Below are positions 11,157 to 20,900 of a stretch of DNA of 64,000 nucleotides, piece after piece (the first letter of the stretch is position 1; each line of letters begins with the position of its first letter). Under the pieces are notes generated by a model that worked only from the letters and a program-made list of their open reading frames with translations, ran no database searches and had not been told where the DNA came from. The position numbers and the translations under genes are program-made. Origin of the DNA: Mobula hypostoma (taxonomy: Eukaryota); NCBI RefSeq assembly GCF_963921235.1, contig NC_086107.1:114764001-114828000 (forward strand). The letters run 5' to 3'.

Positions 11157-11304
11157 ATTGGATCCTCCATTGAGGCTGACGGTCGGGAGCGGCAGCAACT
11201 GCGGACAATCGCTTCCTGCCCCGACACCCTCGCCATCCTGCGCTGATACGACGACCTCCCGTCTGTTTTAGAGAAGCTGAAGGAAACCATTGGAAGCTTT
11301 CAGG
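11157..11304 (+). CDS. I-domain 2 exon D, with in-frame TGA at 11244-11246
   Basis: Acceptor gtccag, donor gtgaga, 148 nt. Translates IGSSIEADGRERQQLRTIASCPDTLAILR*YDDLPSVLEKLKETIGSFQ. Paralogue of 2848-2992. Confidence 0.85.
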
Positions 11305-11576
11305 GTGAGACTATCCCGCCGTCCCGCCGCCCCTCTAGCCCATACATTGACTTATCCTTCCCCTCGGTATCATTTCCTCTCGCAGTTTGAGATTAAGACG
11401 GGTTGTGGGGAGAGCGCGGGTCAGCAGGATTAGTTTGGGGACGGGGGGTGGGGTGGGGAGAGCGAGGCAATAGGATTGCTTTTGGATTGACATGGGGCTG
11501 TGGGGAGAGAGTGGGGTAGTCGGACTAGTTGGAGAGATGCACAGGACTGTCCCTTTTTCCTCTCTCTCATCTCCAG

Positions 11577-11623
11577 TTTGCGATTTTGGAAGGCGCCATA
11601 TTTGTCGGACCTTTCCAGACTGA
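11577..11623 (+). CDS. Probable terminal coding exon (VCDFGRRHICRTFPD*)
   Basis: Strong polypyrimidine tract with ctccag acceptor. Phase-1 reading gives 15 aa then TGA, with ATTAAA about 95 nt downstream. No transcript evidence. Confidence 0.5.
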
Positions 11624-11716
11624 GGAAGAGATTGCCGTGCACCGAGGCGGCATTCTGGCCGCGTGCAATTGGATACATTGTTTTGTTTTTCTTTGCCACA
11701 AGAGGTTTATTTGGTG

Positions 11717-11722
11717 ATTAAA
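11717..11722 (+). terminator. Candidate polyadenylation signal ATTAAA
   Basis: Common variant poly(A) hexamer downstream of the putative terminal exon stop. Confidence 0.4.
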
Positions 11723-11927
11723 ATGTCACGGCATTACAAAGCTACGGTATTCAATGTCTCTCTCGATTCGCAGACAACGGCGGTACTGGAGCTCCCAGAA
11801 ACCCACCCCATGGTCGCCGAGTGCGCCTTCTGCAGGGACGCGCACACAGTTAGGCACAGCACCGGACGCGACACGACTCCCGGAGAATGGTGGGCAGGGA
11901 GCCCGGGAGAATCCCCGACTTTCAACC

Positions 11928-12170
11928 CAATGTTCTCTCCAATTTGTCATCACCAGTGTGCGCAAAAATCTTGCGCTGTGCAATTTCCCCCCACCTTCCC
12001 CAGTTATCGCAAACTCCACGTTGTCCACACGGTCCGTATTACAAACCGGAAAAGGAAATCGTGAAATATACTTAACGTGCCAGCGAGACAGAGGGGAAAC
12101 AACCTTATGTGCGCAGTTTAAATTCCTTCATGCGCAAAAGGTGTGTACGCGCACATCTTAGAGAGAACAC
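11928..12170. mobile_element. Short TIR element (hAT-like MITE)
   Basis: Ends CAATGTTCTCTC... and ...GAGAGAACAC are inverted repeats. No coding capacity. Confidence 0.5.
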
Positions 12171-12339
12171 CACCCTCGGAGTCGCGAACATCTCGCTCCA
12201 GCAACTCCAGGAGCAGAGCTGGAATATGGAGTGAGTTTATCATTGTCACGCGTACCGAGACACACTGAGAAACCTCTCGTGCACGCTGTTCACTCACATC
12301 AGGTCACTAGACGGTGCGTTGAGGTAGAAGAAGGGTTGT

Positions 12340-12830
12340 CATGCTGAAGACGTACACGGTAATGCGGTGGTGGGGCCAAAGCTGGAGTGATGCGTGCGGT
12401 TCTCATCTCCTACCTACAGGAAAGATGGAGAGAGTCCAGATTAAATTTACAAGGAAGTTGCATGAGGAATTTACACGGGGGTCCCGAGTTACACGGAAAG
12501 GTTAGGACTCTCTTCCCTTGAGCGTCGGAGAATGAGAAGAATTCTTACAGAGGTGTGCAAAATGATGAGGTGTGTACTGCGGACAGGGTGAATGCAAGCA
12601 GGCTTTCCCCATGTAGATTGGGTGAGGGTAGAGCTAAACGGTCAGCGGTTAAGTGTGAAAGGCGAACCGGGTCAGGGGAACCCAAGGGCGGAACGAGTTT
12701 CATTGCAGCGCTCAGGAGAAGTCTGGATAGGTACACGGATGGGAGGGGCATGGATGGCTAGGGTCCAGGTGAGGGTCGATGGGACTCGGCAGAAGAACAG
12801 TTCAGCGGGGACTAGACGGGCCGAAGGGCC
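12340..12830 (+). mobile_element. Diverged CR1 3' fragment
   Basis: Residual LGL.SLERRRMR and 3' UTR-like sequence. Confidence 0.6.
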
Positions 12831-13759
12831 TCGAATAAAGTGTTACGGTTACAAAGAAAGTAAAATGTAGGCGGGCAATAAGAAGCAGCCACGTAGATTG
12901 TGAAGTTAAAATCCATATTCAGCAGCGGGGTAGAAGCTGCGCTTGAGCGGTCCGTCCGACTGGCGAGGGGAGAAGAGGGGCTATCCGGGATGGGTGCTCG
13001 CTGCTCTCCCGAGGTAGCGGGAAGTGCAGAGTTCCTGCAGGGAAGCTGGTTGCGCGATGTTCTGAGCTGCGTTCACAACTCTCTGCAGTTTAAGCTCAGG
13101 AGCAGAGCAAGTTGTCGCACGAAGCCGCGATCACCCGGGCAGTATGTGACATCGATCAAAACTGGTGAGGGGCGACAGAGCCGTGCCGAATTTCCCCAGC
13201 CTCTTGTGGAAGTAGAGGCGCCGCTGAGCTATCCCCGGCCCTGCCGTCCACGTCTTCGGACCGGGACAGATTACTGGTGAGGTCCGCACCCGGAAACTTG
13301 AAGCCCCCAACCTCCCGAGAGATCCCTGTACTTCCAACCACACCGACACCCGCCACCTTCTCTGCACGGGCTGAGCCAAGATCAGGAGCTCAGCAGGGCG
13401 GTGCAGCCAGACCCTGAGAGGCAGCCCCCGCCCCCGAGTCAGGGGCACCCACCTCGCACACTCCGTATGTACCCTGGGCGGGCAGGGTGCAGGGGAGCCG
13501 GTGAGCCGACTTGGGAAATCTCTTGCCCGTGACCGCCCTGTGCAACGCTCGCCACCCTTGGATCCCGGAAGCAAATGGGGTTGGGGGGGGGGGGAAGTCT
13601 CCCGCCGATAAGGATGTCCCTCATCTTCAGAACAGAACTACGGTGTGGGCGGACAGCTGACGGGAGTGAGGAAGTGAGCGGGAGGAACCCATACAAGCGC
13701 CCTCATGAAACTGGCGTCTCTGCAAGGCAGCGCACGCTGTACCACGGGGCAAAATCAAA

Positions 13760-14050
13760 CCAATTCAGGGTCCCGGCTGTTCAGAAAGGAAACTAAACCT
13801 ATCCAAGGCCCGTCTTGTTCAAAAGTAGAAAACAGATTAAATCAAGGTCCTTAGTTTTTAAAAGAGAAAACAAGCAAAAATAAGTTCCGGTTGTTGAAAA
13901 TGAGAAAAATAGCTCAAAGTCCCAATTGCTAAGAAAGTGGAAGTAACCCAAAGTTCTAGTTCTTAATAAACAAACCAATGCAAAGCTCGTAAATCTTTAA
14001 AAACAATATATAAACCAATTCAATGTCATAGTTGTTCAAGAACAGCGAAT
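13760..14050. repeat. Diverged ~35-40-bp AT-rich tandem repeat (aattcaaggtcctagttgttcaaaa...)
   Basis: Recurrent core with A-rich linkers. Resumes at 16060-16550. Confidence 0.7.
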
Positions 14051-14269
14051 CAACTTATAGATTTTTTTCGTAATTAAAACGGCAGAGGCGTTTTAAATTT
14101 AAGAGAAGCCGTAATGACTCATTTGTTGTCCTCGAAACGCAGAACATAAAACGTGGCAAAAATAAAATCGCTTAATTGCGTCACACGTCACACCAACCTC
14201 TTAAAGTGAACCCAACTCAATGTCGGTTGTTGTGAATTATGCATGTTTCTACAAACTAATTTAAGTTCA

Positions 14270-16050
14270 TAGAACTGTGCATCAGAGTGCGGCTTTATTT
14301 CTTTCATCCATGTACCTCCGTAAGATCCACCCCATAACTATCCCTAATACATCTGCCTCTACCATCACCCTGGCAGGGCGTTCCACACATCCACCACTCT
14401 CTCTGGAGAAAAGCTTACCTCTGACATCCTCGATATACTTCCGCCCATCACCTCAAAATTATGATCCTGGCCCTGGTAAATCACCTCTCATCCTACTTCA
14501 ATCCAAAGAAAGAAGCCCTAGCTTCCTCATACTCTCTCTTAAAGCTTCCAATTCCTTTCTATAATGAGGCGACTGGAACTCAACACAATACTCTTAAGTG
14601 TTGTCTAACCAGGGTTTTATAGAGCTGCAACATTACCTCGTGGCTCTTGAACTCAGTCCCCAGACGAACGCGCACCACAGAGTCACAGGATACTACAGAA
14701 CACAAACTGGCCCTTCAGCTCAGCTAGTCGTATTGATCTGTCTAGTCTCATCGGCCAGCACCCCGACCATAACCCGCCATACTCTACCCGTTCATTTACC
14801 TACCCAACTTTCCCTTAAGTGTTGAAATTCAACTCACATCCACTGGCAGCTCGTTTCACACTCTTCTTAACCGCTCTGTCTACATACACGGTAACTTTGG
14901 GAGATCTATGGCCCCAAGACCCCACTATTCCTCAACACTACCAAGAATCCTACCATTAAACCTGTACTCTGCCTTCAAATTCGACCTTCCAAACTGAATC
15001 ACTTCATACTTTCCGGTTTGAACTTCATCTGCCACTTGTCAGCCCAGCTCTGCATCCTGTCAATGTCCCGTTGTAACCTTCGACACTATCCACAACCCCA
15101 GCACCTTCGTGTCATCTGCAAACTTACTAATCCACCCTTCCACTTCCTCATCCAAGTCATTTATAAAAATCTCAAAAAGCAGGGATCTCAGAGCAGATCC
15201 CTGTGAAACAACAACGATCCGTGACCTCCAGGCAGAATATGCTCCACCTATAACCCGCTTTGCCTTCAATGGATAAGCCAATTCTAAATCCCTTCAACAG
15301 AGTTCGCTGGGTACCTTAGCAAACGCCTTATTAAATTTCATATACACCACATCCACTGCTCTACCTTGATCAGGGTCCTGTGTTACAACCTCAAAGGATT
15401 CAATAAGCCCTAGGAGCCATGATCTATCTCTCACAGAGCCACGTTAACTATCCCGAATCAGACTATGCCTCACCAAATGCCCATAAAACCTGCCTCTGAA
15501 AATTTTCTTCAATAATTTGCCCACCACTGAAGTTAGACTCACTGGTCTATAATTCCCAGGAATTATTCTGGGAATTACTACTCCAAGTAGGAAGGAGGAG
15601 TTAAGAGTACTACTGGGAGTAGGAAAGATAGTATTCCTATTCCTTTTCTTGAACAAAAGAATAGCCGTCTCTAATCATCTGGTACTACTCCTATGGTCAG
15701 TGAGGACGCCAAAGTTACTGCGATCTCTTCCCTCACTTCCCATATGAAGCTGCGGTATATCCCTTTTTTTTGGAAGATTTTCAAAATTTCCAGCACATCC
15801 TCTTTCTTAATGTCGACATGTTCCAGCACATCAGCCTGTTTCACGCTGCCCTCACGAATGTCGAGGTCCCTCTCAGTGGTGAAGCAAAGTAATCGTCCCT
15901 CCTCCAACTCCAGGCACGCGTTTCCTCTTCTATCCCTAATCGGTCCTACTCTCACTCTAGCCATTCTCCTGTCCTTCACAGTTTTTCTTAATTCTACTCG
16001 CAAAGGCCTTCACATGCCGCCTTCTGGCTCTCCTAAATCCATTCTTCTGC
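14270..16050 (-). mobile_element. Fragmented CR1 LINE(s)
   Basis: Minus-strand ORFs with KFADDTK and GNYRPVSLTSVVGK. Confidence 0.8.
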
Positions 16051-16549
16051 TCCTTCCCGGTTCCTAGTTGTTCAACGAATAAACGAATGCAAGGTCCTAA
16101 CTGTACAAATAAGAGAATAAAGCTCTAATTCAAGGTCCCAGGTTTTGTAAAACAGAAAATCCAAAAGGTGCAAATGGTTGAAATAGAGAAGGTTAACCAG
16201 TTCAAGGTCCTAGTTGTTCAAAGAGAAAAAAGCTGAAATTAATTCAAGACCCCAGTAGATGAAGAAGCGAAATTTCAGGTACTAGTTGTTTAAAAAGTGT
16301 AAAGAAATCAGTTCAAGCTCCCAAACAAGAGAGAGTATTCAGAGGCTGGAAATAAATCGAAGCAACACACACAAAATGCTGGAGGAACTCAGCAGGTCAG
16401 GCAGTATCTATGGAAAAAAGAGCAGTTGACGTTTCGGTCCGAGACCCTTTGGCAGGACCCTTCAAACTCCTGGTTGTTAAAAAAATGTAAAAGAATCCAA
16501 AAAGTCCTTGTTGTTTAAAAAGTGAAATGGAACAAATTCAAGGTCTAGT

Positions 16550-16950
16550 CATAGAAACACAGAAAAACTACAGCACAATACAGGCCCTTCGGCCCACAAT
16601 GCTGTGCTGAACATGTACTTACTTTAGGAATTACCTAGGGATACCCATAGCCCTCTGTTTTCCAGGTTCCATGTACCTATCCAGGAGTCTCTTAAAAGAC
16701 CCTAACGTATCCACCTCCACCACCGTCGCCGGCAGCCCATTCCACGCACTCACCACTCTCTGCGTAAAAAACTTAAGCCTGACATCTCCTCTGGACCTGC
16801 TTCCAAGCACCTTAAAACTGTGCCCTCTCGTGTTAGCCATTTCAGCCCAGGGAAAAAGCCACTGACTACCCACACGATCAATGCCTCATCATCTTATACA
16901 CCTCTATCAGGCCACCTCTCTTCCTCCGTCACTCCGAGAAGAAAAGGCCT
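16550..16950 (-). mobile_element. CR1 3' end
   Basis: TRGHSFKV...FFTQRVVSAWNGLP and a ttctatg tail. Confidence 0.85.
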
Positions 16951-17039
16951 TGACTCACTGGTCTATGATTCCCAGGAATTATTCTGGGAATTATTATTCT
17001 CAGTCGGAAGAAGGAGTTGGGAATACGACTTGGAGGAGG

Positions 17040-17335
17040 AAAGGGCGTATTCCTATTTGCCGACTGGTCTCCTTTTGCACCTCGCCCGCTCCAGTCGGTC
17101 AGCAAGGGACAGCACGACCTTGCTGTGGTGCTACCTATACCGTCCTCGTGTTAAACTTGCTTTGCATCCCGACAGTATGCGTGTCAGTGAACCCCGCTGA
17201 CCACAAAACTCAGAGGTAGGGTCCTCTGTCAGCCCCCATGTGTGCAACAATGATGGTGTAGCGAGAGTATCATACACGGGCCGCAGAAGGGAAGCGACGA
17301 GGAGGGGTTCCAACCTTCAAAGCTCAGTCCAAGTG
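17040..17335 (-). mobile_element. Hero-like (RLE-type) non-LTR retrotransposon fragment
   Basis: LLRPVYDTL...LHTWGL...CGQRGSL..ILSGC..SL..GRY, the zinc-knuckle region of Hero/R2-superfamily elements. Confidence 0.6.
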
Positions 17336-17791
17336 TGAGCAGGGCAATCCACATTTGTGGAGGACGATAAACATGCCTGAAGGCAATAAATCCGTGTGCC
17401 GGATTTAAACTGGTCTTCAGGACAATAAATGTGTGTCCCGCTAATTGGCAATCATGTTTTGGGCGCCAAAAATTGTCTATTTAAGGAGCATCTGAGTGGA
17501 CTGTTAGTGATCAACCGTAAGGCAAACCAGAGTGCAGGACGTGAAACAAATACAAGGCAATAAATCCGTGTGCAGGATAATTAACTGGCGTGCAGGACAT
17601 TGAACCAGTGAACAAGACAATAAACCAACAAGCAGGAGAGTAAAACTGTGTGCATGGCAATAATGTCTGTGTCCAGTACGCTACTTTTATGTGCAAAACA
17701 ATATTTCAACACACACGAACTGCCAGGGGAACGCTGCAGGTCAGGTAGCATCTATGCAAAGGAGTGAACAGTCGACATTTCGGGTAGAGGC

Positions 17792-17967
17792 TGTTACGAG
17801 ACGTACCCAACAGTTCCAGCCTTCAGGGTTGAGATGCTCTATCTCTCCGGAGTATGGATAGTTGGCGCAGCCCCCTTCAGGGCTCAGGGCCGTCCCGCTA
17901 ATTGGCAAGCATGTTTCAGGCGCCAAGACGGACTGTTTCACTAGCACCTGAACTCAATCAGTGCTCA
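17792..17967 (+). mobile_element. Partial copy of the Gypsy LTR, interrupted by the Nimb LINE
   Basis: Starts TGTTACGAGACG like the LTRs at 23192 and 27358. LTR sequence resumes at about 22417-22440. Confidence 0.75.
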
Positions 17968-20900
17968 TGGCTGGCTGGACGGCTGGACTGAGGCGCTGGG
18001 GTGTTGTGGGGGATATTCTGTGGGAATATTGACCGACGGCCTGTATAGGTCCGGAACGATATTCGTAGACGGTTGCTTGCAAACTCTGATAGGACAGCAG
18101 GGAGGGAGACTGATAGTCACAGCAAAAGCATGGAGTGTGAGTGGGGAGAGGTGGGGAGAGGGACTAAGAACAGGAAGGTGATGGGTCGGAAGAGAAAGAA
18201 AGGAGGTGGGTCTAGTGTAGGTGGATTGGAAAGTGAGGGAAGAGAAGTTGAGGAGAAGGGCCCGAGGGCAAAATTGCTAAATGTAGTGGTAAGATTTGAG
18301 GGGGAAGGGGAAGTAAAGAAAATCCATCCGCTTAAGCTGACAAAAATCATTAGAGGACAAGTAGGGGAAGTGAACCATGCGAGAACTTTAGGAGATGGAA
18401 ACCTGCTGATCGGATGTAAAACTGAAGAGCAGATGGAGAAGGCAATGAAGGTGACTAATGTTGGGAAAGTCAAAGTGTCCAGGGTTGTAAGAGTTGGAGC
18501 ACAAAGGGTCAATGGTTGCAAGGGGGTGATCTCCGGGGTTCCCCTCAGTGTTAATATGAAGGAGCTAGTGGAGAACTTGAGGGTGAGGAATGGTTCAGTG
18601 AAGTGTGTGAAAAGAATGACAAGGGGAGCAGAGAAAAGGGAGACTGAAACCGTTCTAGTAGAATTTGAGGATAAGGTGCCTCCAAAGGAGTTATATTTTG
18701 GATTTCTAAGATACAGTGTAAGAGAATATATACCAAAACCTATGAGGTGTTTCAATTGCCAGGAGTTTGGGCATGTGGCCAAAGTGTGCAAAGGAAAGAG
18801 AAGATGTGCAAGGTGTGGTGGGGAACATGAATACGGAAAATGTGGAGAGGGAGTGAGACCAAAGTGCTGTAACTGCGGCGGTAACCATAGTGTAGTGTAC
18901 TGGGGATGTGAAGTGTTGGAAAAAGAGGTGGAGGTGCAGCAGATAAGGGTGAAGGAAGAAGTCTCATATGCTGAGGCAGTCAAGTTGGCAGGACAGAAGA
19001 AAATGAATGAGGGAGGATGTAGCAAAGAGCAAGCGGCAGCTCAAGAAGGGCAAGATGAGAAGTATTTAGTGTGCCTAAATGATGGCAGTAGTACTAGAAT
19101 TGATGTTAATACAGGTAAAGAATCTGTGCTTGATCTTACATTCGTATCAAACTCTATTGCATCAGTGTATGATTGGTTAATGTACCAAGAAGGAACTGTA
19201 GGGAGTGATCATTACCCAATCTGGTGCAAGATAAATATTTCTGCCTCATTGGTCACAGAGAATACAGGTTGGAAATGGATCCTTGAGGAAGTCAATTGGG
19301 AGAAATTTCTGGAAAAAAAGTGATAGATATCTAAGTCAGGTCAGTAATGGAATGGACATAGAAACACTTGACAGCATATTAAAACAAGGTATAATATCAG
19401 CTGCATTAGAATCCATTCCTAAAAGTAACGGAAGAACAAAGAAGAGAGTGATACCATGGTGGGATGATAATTGTAAGGAAGCAGTGAGAAATAGAAACAA
19501 GGCATTTAAACTGGTTAAAAGAACTCATAACTTCCAACAAATGATTCAGTACAAACAAGCTCAGGCAGTAGTAAGGAGGACAATAAGACATGCTAAAAGA
19601 ACGCACTGGAGAAAGTATTGTGATTCAATCTGAAACACAACTCAAGTAGGAGAGGTGTGGGGAATGATAAAATGGGTGGGAGGGGACAGGAGAGAGTGGA
19701 GATACCCAGTTCTGGTTGATGCAAATGTGACTGCAGTAACAAATAAGGAAAAGGCAGAGTCGTTGGCAAACACTTTTGTTATGGTACATAGTTCCTATAA
19801 TTTGTCTGAGAAGGGAAGAAGAGGTAGAGAGAGAACAAAAGCTGAAAATATGGAGGCTTTATGTAGGAAAACTAACCTTGACTGTGTGCAAGATGTCCCT
19901 TTCAGCATGGGAGAATTAAGAAAGGCACTAGATAAAACAGAAAAGACTGCGCCAGGTAAAGATGAAATATGTTATAGTATGATAAAACACTAGAGTGAAG
20001 GGAGTCTGGAGAAACTACTGCTTCTGTATAACAAAGTCTGGGATGAAGGGAGAATACCAGGGAGCTGGAAAGAGGCAATAATTATTCCAATAAGGAAACC
20101 TGGAAAAGATGCCAGCAGACCGGGAAACTACAGGCCAGTTGCCTTGATGTCACATGTATGTAAACTTATGGAACGTATGATAAATGCGAGGTTAATGTAC
20201 TTCTTGGAAAGTAGAGGTATGGTGGCAATGTATCAAAGCGGGTTCAGGAAAGGAAGGAATACTGCGGATCCAGTGTTGTGTCTAGAGGATGAAATAAGAA
20301 AAGCTCAAATAAATAAAGACAGTGGTTGCAGGTTTTTTTGATGTTGAGAAAGCTCATGATATGTTATGGAAAGAGGGGCTCCTAATCAAGCTACATTTAA
20401 TGGGAATCGGGGGGGGGCGATGTTCAATTGGGTTAAGGACTTTTTGAACGGGAGAACTATTCAGGTGAAGATAGGATCAGAGCTATCAAGCCAGTATGTT
20501 GTAGAAAACGGGACGCCTCAGGGGAGTGTAGTGAGTCCAACTTTATTCTCCATTTTGATAAATGATATATTCGTAAATATTCCAACGGAAGTGGGGAGGT
20601 CATTGTTTGCAAATGACGGGGCTTTGTGGAAAAGAGGGAGAAATATTGAACATATAGTTACGAAAATGCAAGATGGAATTAATCAAGTTGAAGAGTGGGG
20701 GACAAAGTGGGGTGTTAAATTTTCAGTGTAGAAGACAAAAACCATGTTCTTTACAAGGGAAAAGTTCAGGGGAAAACGTTCAATTTGAATCTGTATGGAA
20801 GTAACCTGGAGAGAGTTGAAAGTTTTCGGTTTTTGGGAGTGCACTTTGATTTGAGATTAACATGGAGAGAACATGTTAGATATGTAGTTAGTAAATGTAA

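Noticed and set aside
9792..11208. Long minus-strand ORFs (468, 464 and 270 aa) rich in His-Thr and Pro
   Set aside because: Translations of (CA)n and C-rich simple repeats lying antisense in an intron.
11244..11246. Selenocysteine or programmed readthrough at the TGA
   Set aside because: It aligns to Asp, not Cys, in domain 1. The context is TGA-TAC rather than TGA-CTAG, and I saw no convincing SECIS (not formally searched).
989..11304. Assigning the symbol ITGAM/ITGAX/ITGAD or COL6/MATN
   Set aside because: The tandem architecture does not fit an integrin, and no collagen, EGF or coiled-coil exons are visible. Orthology cannot be set without a phylogeny.
11529..11717. Third I-domain exon B (FAILEGAIF...)
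   Set aside because: Similarity stops after about 4 residues, there is no QYS or TATGI motif, and the phase does not match the upstream donor.
1153..16550. CRISPR-like appearance of the 52-bp arrays and the AT-rich core/linker array
   Set aside because: Eukaryotic context, no unique spacers and no cas genes. These are minisatellites.
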